Shown here in pieces: positions 39,905 through 51,998 of a stretch of DNA of 64,000 nucleotides (positions are counted from its first letter, which is position 1; every line of letters starts with the position of its first letter). The DNA comes from Chlorokybus atmophyticus (Eukaryota; Plantae; Mesostigma and Chlorokybus algae). Both the position numbers and the translations under genes were made by a program. A model generated the notes under the pieces. That model searched no databases. It was not told where the DNA came from and saw only the letters and a list, made by a program, of their open reading frames with translations. The stretch covers positions 370,158 through 434,157 of the forward strand of contig RHPI01001428.1 in assembly GCA_009103225.1 (NCBI GenBank), written 5' to 3'.

Positions 39905-41369
39905 ATGTCTGACCAAGGAAAGGGAGGTGAAAAGTACTTCACCGTCCCTGATTCATCATCCTCATATGAGCCATCCAGTGATGACAAAGTGAGGGACTCG
40001 GACACGAGTGAGAGCTATAAGCTCACTGACAGTGACAAGGAAGAAGAGGCTAAGCAAGATAGCGAAGCTTCCCCCGACCTGTCTACCCACAGTGAGCCAG
40101 CTGTAATGGACACACCGAGTGTCATTGGCGGAGCCATTGAAAAGTATGCGCGCGAGCGCAAGACTTTACTTGACGCCCACCCGCAGCTTCGTCAAGAAGT
40201 GTGGGATGCATGGGCGCAGAAGGTTCGTAATGGCTATGAAACAGATTTTGCCACTCTCCCTCGCACTAGTAAGGAGATGGTGATCCGCATGATTGAGCAC
40301 GAGTTGACGAACAATGTTCCGCCACTCGTGCGTGGTGATCCAAAAGTGGCTGCTCTGATGGCCGTCTACGATAGGCCGCTCCCATACGAAGGGAAGCGGA
40401 TGGCGTTTGAGGCCTTAGCCAACTTGATGGTTGAAACGCAGCAGCGTTGCAAGGATGTTCTGGTACTTGGGACCTAACTTGGAAAATAAGTTGGCTGGCC
40501 GAGTGAAGTTGGAGGCACGCCTCCATGCGATGCAATCTGAGTTGATGGCGCTGCGTCAGCAAGTAGCGGGTGCTGCTTCATCAGTTGGCGCATCAGTGGG
40601 GCTGCCGGTTACGGCATTGAACAAACCTGAAAAGTTCAAGCCTAACGGTAGTGTAAGTATCCATGATTGGGTGGTGACTGTCGAACATTACCTGACAGCG
40701 CTAAAGCGCCCGGTGGGTGAGCACGTTGCCGTTGCTGAGTTGCTTATGCCATCTGATGCTCTCGCCGAGTGGGCACGACAAACAGAGCATGGCGCTGTGA
40801 AGACAGTACCAGCACTGTTTCAGTTTCTGATGGAGCGCTATGGTGGCATGGATCCGGCTACTCAGGCTCGTAACAAACTTAGCAAGTTGCGACAGAATGG
40901 TCGAGCAGCATCAGTGTATCTGCAGGAGTTCCAAGCATTAGTTGGTCGTGCCAATAGCGGCCTGATGCCTATGGACAAAGCTGAGCAGTTCGAGTTGTAC
41001 AAGCGTGGCTTGGATGCGCGTGTTCGCGATCAGCTGCAGTACAACACTGCAACGGGGCTTCCTTGGGTTCCTGATGACTTGGCCAAGCTGCAAAAGCTAA
41101 GTGTTTACCTGTACAATGATGACACGGTCGTGCAGGAAAAGTCGAACGTGACAGCTATGGCCAAGCCGCAAGGGGGGGGAATAAAGCGCTATCCTCCGCC
41201 GAGTGTACATGTGGCGAAGAAAGCGAAGACATTCGCTCCTCGAATTGGTGGTACGTCTGCTGGTAATGCACCTACTGCAGCTCGCACCTGTTTCATCTGC
41301 CATCAGCCGGGTCACGTTGCAAAGGCCTGTCCTACGAAGGCGAAGGGCAAAGCCAAGAAGGTTGAATAG
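39905..41369 (+). CDS. gag: Gag of copy B with long N-terminal extension (one frameshift near 40435)
   Basis: MSDQG start, NKPEKF..W capsid-like motif, CCHC knuckle CFICHQPGHVAKAC, TAG at 41367-41369. Confidence 0.82.
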
Positions 41370-44300
41370 GATTACGCTGTGGCTGATGTAGCAAAGGTTG
41401 ATAGTCAGTTGCTTGAGATACAAGCAGTTAACTGGTTTGATAATCTGTCTCAAATGCATGTAATGACGCATGCATGGCAAACACATCACAAGTTACCACT
41501 GTTTGATGTTGCAACAGTGGAAGCAAATACTTGTGTACTGGTACATGTGAAATTTAACATGCTTACCGACGTGTTGCACACATTGAGTGAATTGCAATGT
41601 AAACACAGATCCCTGAGTGTGGTAGCAATGGTGCCAAAATATCATGGCCCATGGTTGAAGTATACTCGAGGGGGTACTGTTTTAAAACAATTCACCAAGC
41701 GCGAGACTGGGACAATTCGATTATCAGCAATATTAATCAACCCCCGCATTAGTCACGGATTCTTGGCTACCTTTCAAGGACGAGTGGTACCTTTGTTGTG
41801 GACATTCAGTGGCACAATGCAAGGTGTGAATAGCTCGTTTTTGATTGACACTGGTGCGACACACAACTTCGTGGACGAGCAATGGGTTGCGCGCAATAAA
41901 ATCATGCGCAAACCCTCAGCATTTTCGGCTGCCGGTGCTGGGGGTACATTGCCAGTGACGGGAGAAGTAAAATTGAAGGTTAAAATTGGTAATTATTATG
42001 CCAATCTTGCCTTTATAGTAGTAGCAATCAACATATCTGGTGTTGATGTGGTACTAGGCCAAGAATGGCAAAATAATGTCACAATGACATTGGATACGGG
42101 TGCACGCTTGTGCACAGTAAAGAAAGGCGGTAAGCGGATTACATTGTCTGTGAAAGGGTCGCATAGCTTGGAATTCAAGCAACCCGACCCTGCGTTACTC
42201 ACGGCACTACAGGTGAAACGTGCGTTGCGCAAAAACACACCGGCTTTTCTGGTACATTTGTCTTCATCAGATGACATTGCGCCGGGTAGTACTGAAGGTG
42301 TGGCAGACCTCATTGAGGAATATCAAGATGTGTTCTCAGATGAGTTGCCGGGCTTGCCTCCTGACCGAGGTGTCGGACACACTATACCATTAATTCCTGA
42401 TAGTGATCCTCCTTTTCGGCCAATATATAGGCTAAGCCCTAGAGAAAGGGGGGAAATGGAAACACAAATCAAGGAGTTATTGGAAAAAGGATTGATTGAA
42501 CCAAGTTCTTCACCCTTTGGCGCACCCATCCTATTTGTGATGAAAAAGAATGGAAAATTGCGCATGTGTGTGGACTATCGTGCTTTAAACAAAATCACGG
42601 TGAAAAATCGATACCCGTTGCCACGGATTGATGACGTGTTTGATAAACTATCAGGTAATGCATACTTCAGTACATTAGACCTGACAAGTGGATATCATCA
42701 GATCCGAATTCATTCCGCTGATGTCTATAAGACAGCTTTCAGAACACCTTCGGGCCATTATCAATACAAAGTGCTACCCTTTGGATTGACGAATGCGCCT
42801 GCTGTGTTTCAGAAGGAAATGAATAAAATTTTCGGTAATATACTTGGCAAGTATGTTATGGTTTACTTGGATGACATTATTGTCTTTAGTAAAACCAAAG
42901 AGGAACATAAGCAACACTTAGAAGCGGTGTTTACTTTGTTGCGGAAGCATCATTTATTTGCCAGCCTTGCAAAATGTGACTTTTGCAAATCGGAGTTACC
43001 ATTCTTGGGACATGTTGTGAGTGGTGCGGGTGTAAAGCCTGACCCTCGCAAGGTGCAAGTTGTCAAGAATTGGCCTCAACCCAAAAATATTCATCAACTG
43101 AGATCATTTTTGGGATTGGCAAATTATTTTCGCAAATTTATGATGGGTTATTCTACAGTTGTAATGCCCTTGACTAAATTGTTGCGAAAGGACGCGCCAT
43201 TTTCTTGGACGTCAGACCAAGAAGCTGCTATGCAACAAGTGAAGTTAGCATTAACTTCAGCTCCAGTATTGGCATTGCCAAATTGGGATAAACATTTCAC
43301 TGTGGTCAGTGATGCTTCCACCCTTGGGTGTGGTGCAGTACTACTGCAAGACGGCAGACCATGTGCTTATGAAAGTAGGAAGTTTATCCCAGCGGAGGTA
43401 AACTACACTACTACTGAGCAAGAGTTGCTTGGTGTCGTACATGCTCTCGAAACTTGGCGATGTTACTTAGAGGGAGTTCAGTTCACAGTGGTGACTGATC
43501 ACAACCCATTAGTATACTTCTCAACGCAGCTGACCTTGTCACGTAGGCAAGCTCGCTGGAATGAGTTTCTGTCGCGATTTACTTTTGAATGGGTATATCG
43601 GCCTGGCAGAACTAATGTGGCAGATCCTTTAAGTCGCTGTCCGTCATTATTGGCAGTTATGCGTGCGCAATTGCTTGCGACGCAAGTTACATTGCCCGCT
43701 AATGATGCATTTGTGCAATCTGTTTTGCATGGGTATTCCTTAGACCCATGGTTCTCACGGCAAGAGAATATACAACAGCTTGAAGCACGAGACAACTTGT
43801 ATTATATGGGTGCTAGCTTGGTGATACCTGACCATGCTGGGCTACGCATGCAATGCATAGCTGATGTACACGACCCACCGTACGCTGGGCACTTTGGAAA
43901 TCGCAAGACTACCAAGGCAGCGCAACAGCTGTACTGGTGGCCATCGTTGCCTGTTGACGTAAAGCGTTATGTTGACACCTGTGACAAATGTCAGCGTGAC
44001 AAGCCGTTACGTCAGAAACCCGCTGGGTTGCTGCGACCTTTGCCTGTTCCTGATGGCAAGTGGGAAAGTGTGTATGGACCTAATTACTGAGCTCCCAGAG
44101 ACAGCATTAGGGCACACTGCGGTTGCAGTTTTTGTGGACCGTTCAACAAAATGGTTCACATTGTCCCTTGCCGCACGGAAATAGGCTCCCGTGAATTAGC
44201 GATGGTTTTTGTCGCCTCTGTGTTTAAGTTACATGGCTTGCCTTGTAACTTTTTGTCTGATCGCGATCCGCGATTTGCAGCTCGGTTTTGGAAGTCGCTA

Positions 44301-45149
44301 TGCAGCTTCTTACATATTCAACAGAACATGAGCACAGCTTACCATTCACAGACGGATGGTCAGACAGAGCGCGCCAATCAAGTGGTTGAGGAAACCATCC
44401 GGCATAATGTGAGTCCGAACCAATCTGATTGGGATGTTTATCTCTTAATGGCTGATGTTCTGTTCACGATTAACAATGCATGGCAAGAGAGTGTGCAGGA
44501 TACCCCGTTTTTCTTAGATTATGGAGCATCCACTAAGTCCTGCAAACATTAAGTTGCCCGCTGCCGACATAACTTGCGTACCTGCAGCGCGCGAGATGGC
44601 TTCGGCCATGCAGGATAGGTTAGCGTTGGCAAAGGACTGTCTGCGCGCGGCGCAAGACAGACAAAAAGCCCATGCTGATGCGCATCGTAGAGAGGCCAAC
44701 TACGACTGTGGGCTGTTCGGTGCTTCGCAGCACCAAAAACATATCCATCAAGGGAGTGGGTACCCGCAAGTTTTTCCCTCGCTGGATAGGCCCGTTTAAA
44801 GTGATTGATCGCGTCGGCACTCACGCGTATCGTTTGGACTTGTCAAAATTGATACGCATTCACAATGTGTTTCATGTGAGTGTACTAAAACCGTATCGTT
44901 CTGACAGTCGGGTTCAACCTCCTCCACCCCCCGTTGCAGTGGATGGCGACGATACTTTCGAGTATGAGGTGGAAGTAATCCCGAGTCATCGTAAGCCTCG
45001 ACGCGGCACGCGCCGTCTTACTTGGTGAAATGGAAAGGGTATGGTACCATGGTGTTGAGCACAATACATGGGAGCCCGAAAGGAATCTTACCAACTGCCA
45101 GGAGATTTGTCGGGGGTACTGGAGTACTGTGTCCACACGCGGGCGGTAA
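41370..45149 (+). CDS. pol: Pol of copy B: unknown/MTase-like domain, protease, RT, RNase H, integrase, chromodomain (frameshifts after ~44075)
   Basis: LIDTGATHNF; LRMCVDYRALN...VMVYLDDI; SDASTLGCGAVL; H-x4-H...CDKC Zn finger; HSQTDGQTERAN; GPF motif; YEVEVI...VKWKGY...TWEPERNL chromodomain. Confidence 0.92.
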
Positions 45150-45271
45150 AAGGGTGCTGGCAGACATCTTTACCGTTTCGGCCCTGATTTTCTTACTACT
45201 TTTGTTCCTTTACTCGTGGTGGGGTTTTGCTAACCCTTCAATGAGGACATTGAAACCCAAGTGGGGGGGAA

Positions 45272-45608
45272 TGTAACGGTGTGCTTTCTCCATAGAGGTT
45301 CCCCGCCTTTATTTAAGATCAAATAAGGGTCGCAACGGGATTATACAGCCTATTAAGCCATATTAAGGCCGTTAAGCTATGTTAAGGCCTTAATGTAATG
45401 TTACTTATCTGTAACTCTGATATCGACATGTGACATGAGTCTCATGTCGATATCAGCCGCATGGCGGTGCTGCTAACAAAGCGGCCGCCATAGCCAGGGG
45501 ATCTTCTGCTTCGGCAATTGCCCTGGCGGCGGCGGTAGCGGCGTCGTGGCTGGTGGCGGTGTTGGGGTAGGGGATTAAAGGGAGGAGGGTGCACCCCCGC
45601 TGCTTACA
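45272..45608 (+). repeat. 3' LTR (337 bp)
   Basis: Preceded by PPT and followed by TSD GTTAT. Roughly 90% identical to the 5' LTR by eye. Confidence 0.93.
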
Positions 45609-45733
45609 GTTATGGCAAAGCCCTCAAGAGAGCCTCTGACGGAGAGGCTTAAGGGCTTTGCCATAACTGCGACATGTATGTATGTGTGTCAGTCAGTCAG
45701 TCATACGGTTGTGCTTACGTCTATTGAAGTTCA

Positions 45734-45736
<3 letters not shown>
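45609..45736 (+). mobile_element. Centre and right arm of the foldback element
   Basis: GTTATGGCAAAGCCCT...AGGGCTTTGCCATAACTGCGACATGTATG...GTTCATGC, followed by (TC)n. Confidence 0.75.
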
Positions 45737-45781
<45 letters not shown>

Positions 45782-45782
45782 N

Positions 45783-45832
<50 letters not shown>

Positions 45833-48086
45833 CATGAACTTCAATCTGCATATATGTCACAGTTATGGCAAAACCCTTAATTGGAGAAGTTAATTGTAAT
45901 GTGATTTGATTGTAATGAACTTGCGTGATTCCTTTAAGTACACAAGTTGTTTTACTAAAACAAGTTATTGTGGGCCACATGCATATGTATGTCAGTGACC
46001 AACGCGTGTATAGATTTCGTGCACTATGAAACTTAAGATGCTTTGACAAGAAGCAGTGAGATACTGCTTGCTATATATTGATATTCACATTACATTTCTT
46101 ATGCATTATTGTTTCCTCTTGACATTCATTGTTAGAATGGTAATAAGATAATATCAAGATATATTTTGACATTGGTAATGGTTGAAGATACGTAGTTTAA
46201 AAAGATGATTATTTGTTTATTATTATTTGTTTTAAATCGATTTGTGCGGATAGACCCCCCCCCCCCCCCCCCCNGGGGGGGGGGGGGGGGGTTGGGGGTT
46301 GTAAGAGCCTCTTTGTATGAACACGGTGTAATGCGTAAGAGCTTCGTATAACGCTAAAGTTTTTGAACTTGTGATTTATGTGCATAATTAATCATAACTC
46401 AACAACATCGCATTACAAATTCATCTTTAAGTGTAATCATTTGTGGCTACCCTTAATGAGTAAATATGATATGATATAATCATTGTCGTTATGATGCAAT
46501 GGGATGAATATCAACAAAGTTACATCCACACAAGTCACAATATAAAAGCGGTCACTGATGTGTGGCACACATACCGTATTCAACCATTCAAGATCAAGCT
46601 TTGTTCACAAACAACTTTAGTAACTACAAGAGGGACAAGTCCCTTGTCGCCATAAGTTGTGGGGAGGCTTAGCAATGGAGTAGGTAAGGGCCTGTTACAA
46701 TCAGCGTAGTAGTAGTGAAGCATTAACTCTCACCACTTACCATTGTTGCCGCCAACTCTCGCATACATCGAGTTCAGGCATGATCGGTTAATTGCAACCA
46801 CATGTGAGTCCTATTAGCATAATTGGATGAAGATTGTATGTTTGGGTCGCAACATAGTCTTGGGCGAAAAAAAATGGCTTTACTTGTATAGTCGTTTTGG
46901 AACCCTTAACTTTTTGCCACTGCGTTGCGCCACCGGCGCACATGACATTGTGCAAATAGCACAACATCTCAGGCTGTTCTTGTTCGCCAAACAATAACAA
47001 GGCTTGTTGTTGCTGCTCATCTACCTGCGGCTGTTTCATGATTGCAAGACATACCGCAAGGGATGGCAGCATCACTGATGCTATTGACCTTGACGAGGTA
47101 GTTTGCTCACCCATCATCAATGTGACGGTGCTCGTGCCTTGCCACCTGTGAGTTGGTCCAATCAACAACCCTCTCACCAAGGCACAGTACTCACACCGGA
47201 ACCTTGCCCCCTCTGCCAAGCACACACGCGCGCCCCGCCACTCGCATACGCACGCGCATGCGCTCGCGGCTACACACCGACTTGTGTAGCGCCTTGGATC
47301 GTCACACAAGCAAGCACACACCAGTGACACTCGCTAGCAATCCCTGCTAACCACCACCAAGCTTGCACACAACAAACTAGGGAGCTAAAGGTTGTATTGC
47401 AAATTGTAGAATGTCACTTTTATACCTACCAGTCTGCACATGCTACTGTCTAGACGATTCTAGCGCTAGACGGCTCCATAAGCTAAGATATTCTTGCAAA
47501 AATCTGTAGTACACTTCTAGACCTTTCCGACACACCAAAGATCTCCTCATTTGCTGCTCATATGGTCAAGTTATACTACTTGGCGCCAGGCCCTTCCAGA
47601 AATCTGGTCGAGCCCTTCTCGACTGGCCCTCCATTTGGCATCTTCCAGACGGGCCCTGGACCGGTCGATGTCTGCGGCAGACTCGCAACTCGCCGATACC
47701 CGCCACAAGTCAAGAACAACATGATACCTCACAAATAAGGCCTAAAATGGCCATGAAAATCACGAACTGTTACAATCAACTTCGTGAGCACACAGTATTG
47801 AGTGTGCTCGTATCTCCATGCCAAATCCACATGAAATAACAATGTGCGCAATGATCAAGTGCATACTACACTGGTTCGGTGTAGGCATTCAAAGTTGGCA
47901 ACATCATACTATATCCCTTTTCGCAACAATTTTTGTAGGGCGGCATTGGGAAAAAGTTAACAACACAATGTGTAGCCCGCTGATTAACGTGAAACGCTCT
48001 TAATGATGGTGGCCGTGTCATGCTACGCTCCTGGCATGTTCATTACATGTCCTATGCATTGCGCATTTGATGTACATCACCTTATA

Positions 48087-48880
48087 TGTAACGGGAGGTA
48101 CATTAGATTACCACACAATTGACCATAAAAGCACCAAGTCTGTTATGGTCGAGTGGGCTGTGACATTGGTTATCGGAGCTTGAGACCCGGGTTCGATTCC
48201 TGCCTTGCACACGAATTCCGTGGTCGTTGTTTCTCGATCGAGTAACATCGTAAATGGTCATTTCATAAGTGCCATCATTGATGGGTTGCGACTTGCCTAA
48301 TGGCAGTCGTGCCGGCGTTCAGTCGGCGCGGCAGGGCGCGACCCGCGCTAACCCTAATGTCACAGCCCACTCGACCACAAAAGACTTGATGCTTTTATGG
48401 TCGATTTGTGCGGTAATTTAATGTACCTCCCGTTACATTCCCCCCACTTAAGAACGCTGACGTCCTCGGCAGCTGGCTCCCATCAGCTGGGGAATCATTC
48501 CAGGGGTCTGATTAGGGTCGGTCACCGGCCCCACCGCCCAAGGACCGGCCAATTTAGACCCATATTGGTCAACGCGCGCATAGCGCACCGCTGCCGGCCC
48601 CACAGGTCGCATCGCGAGCGGCAGGTCGCGCCCTGCCGCGCCAACTGAACGCCGGCACGATTGTCCATTAGGCAAGTTGCAACCCATCGATGATGGCACT
48701 TATGAAATAACCATTTACGATAATACTGGATCGAGAAACAACGACCACGGAATTCGTGTGCAATGCAGGAATCGAACCCGGGTCTCAAGCTCCGATACCA
48801 ATGTCACAGCCCACTCGACCATAAAAGACTTGGTGCTTTTATGGTCAATTTATGGTAATTTAATGTACCTTCCTGTAACA
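48087..48880. mobile_element. TRIM-like family 2: complete copy on - strand (48358-48880) abutting a truncated inverted copy on + strand (48087-48357)
   Basis: ~80-bp LTRs at 48087-48165 (+), 48358-48437 (-) and 48802-48880 (-). PBS TTGGTATCGGAGC; PPT GTGGGGGAA; ~360-bp non-coding internal region shared between the copies. Confidence 0.8.
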
Positions 48881-50089
48881 GTAGAAGCGGTTATTAAAAC
48901 TTTGCAAGTCCGCGGCGGGACACTTACACAAGCAGAAATGTATGCCAGTCGGACTGATCGACTGACACACAACCAACAACCGTTAACAACTCAATGGCTT
49001 GAAGCGCGGTAGTGTGGTGCAGCCAGGGTGCAAGTTAGTGTTATAGTTATGGTTATGCAAGCATATAAGCAAGCAGCGTGCAGTGCGAAGGCATGTAAGG
49101 ACAATAGCTGGCTGGGCCCCTCAGCAGCTCGGGCAAGGATGCAAGGAAGCAGCAACAACGCGCCTCACCTATACATAAGCGCCACAATGAGGCAGTTGCC
49201 TTGGGGCAACTAAACACTGCGGCTGTCCGGCCTGCATACGCTTTGTGCTTTAGGGTTAGGGCTAGCAATGTCCTGAACGACACTCACAACGGGCACAGAG
49301 GCTGTAAAGTTGACTCAATGACTGTTTCAGACCATAGACGGTGCTTACAAAACACCCCACTATGCCACATTAGAGTCAGTCATGCAAGCAGCTCATGCAC
49401 AATACAAGAGGGCACTCGCGTGCTCCCTCACCAAGCTGATGCACGCATAATGGCATGATACATATATTTGCATGAACGGCCATACCACAACTCATCGCTT
49501 GTAAACAGGCTGCGTACAACAACTGTCATTTGCTACGACCCTCACATGCATCTTCTTGAGCAGCGTACTGTTGGTTGTCATGAAGTCATACTTGAAAGTG
49601 CATAACCCATACAAACGGAAGCATTGAGACCATGCCACACCTTATTTACAATGCTTTCACAGATCAGAGTCTGGATGAGGTGCTTGGAATTTCCCATTTG
49701 TGCATATCAAATAGCTGTAAATGCTGGCAAACTTGGAATACAGCTTGGTATACAGTCCCACTGATGGGTGCTGAAATAACCGCATATCCAACACACCTGT
49801 GGGTTTGCGCCCACCCTTGCCCACCATGTGGTATGAGAGAGGATGTGTAGTAGGGCTAGGAACCAACCAGCTTTTGGCTTCATTTAACAAAGAGATGACC
49901 ATTATTGTAACAATAATGGTTATTCGTGATATAGCAATGTTTTGTGATAACTGACCAAAAAGCCTCATTTATGACCAAGCTTGATACAAACGATCAAATA
50001 ATGAACAAAAACCGGAACAAAATTATTGAATGTCGCATGTATATCCATAAAACTTGTATGTTGTACTTGTGCAATATCATATATCGTAT

Positions 50090-51318
<1,229 letters not shown>

Positions 51319-51998
51319 ACGCACGCACGCATGCACACACGCACGCACGCACAATATATGCTTTAAACAGCATTTGCTGCAGGTTTGTGATCATTAAAGG
51401 TCAATTGACTCGACCAAATTGAGCCAACAGAGCTTTGAGCTGCTTGATATCAACGCTATCAAGACTTGTGCGTCGATATGGAACAGCTATGACACTGTGA
51501 CCAACCCCATTATGACTCTGCTTATGATGAGGTATGTTTGGTTAGTTACCCCATTATGACTCTGCTTGTAATCAACAAAAAATATTGTTTTCGCAGCAGA
51601 TTTGGCTATATAAATGGATCAATGGATAATAACTGTCAAAGAACATTCTCTTAACAAAAGTAGTTACCTAGCATAATGGTTGGTTCCCAGGCCTATAGTT
51701 TGGTGACTTCAGTGTTTCACATTTGTCATAGAACGGTTCAAGGAATGATTGACTGCAATGATTTGATGTCAAGGGTGTTGAGAAAAAGGTTGCAATCACC
51801 TTTTGCAATAAGCCGATATTGAACTTTAGTCAATCCACAATGCTTCGGATAACGCTACGCTGCCAAATCATTGGTAACCTCCTGCTTGTTCTGTACAATT
51901 CTTCAATCTAGGTGCAGTATTGCAGCACACAGAAACCTATTGGGTACAAAACTCAATCAACCTACCTGAAGTCTGCAGCCGCCTGCAGTCCCCAGACA

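Larger units (their letters stand above)
32137..45608 (+). mobile_element. Composite Ty3/gypsy chromovirus locus: LTR-copyA(truncated)-TRIM array-LTR-copyB-LTR
   Basis: Outer LTRs are TGTAACGG...TTACA, both 337 bp. The 5-bp TSD GTTAT lies at 32132-32136 and 45609-45613. PBS TTGGTATCGGAGC follows the LTRs at 32474 and 39064. PPT GTGGGGGGGAA precedes 45272. Pol order is PR-RT-RH-IN-chromodomain. Confidence 0.93.

Noticed and set aside
46256-46292. poly-C/N/poly-G palindrome, and poly-C flanking the 7864-7898 gap
   Set aside because: Centred on N; typical sequencing/assembly artefacts.
46560-47800. Minus-strand ORF 46788-47330 and stop-riddled continuation as a transposase relic
   Set aside because: No diagnostic motif or termini could be recognised.
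49249-49261. Interstitial telomere TTTAGGGTTAGGG
   Set aside because: Only two units; insufficient for a fusion or healing scar.
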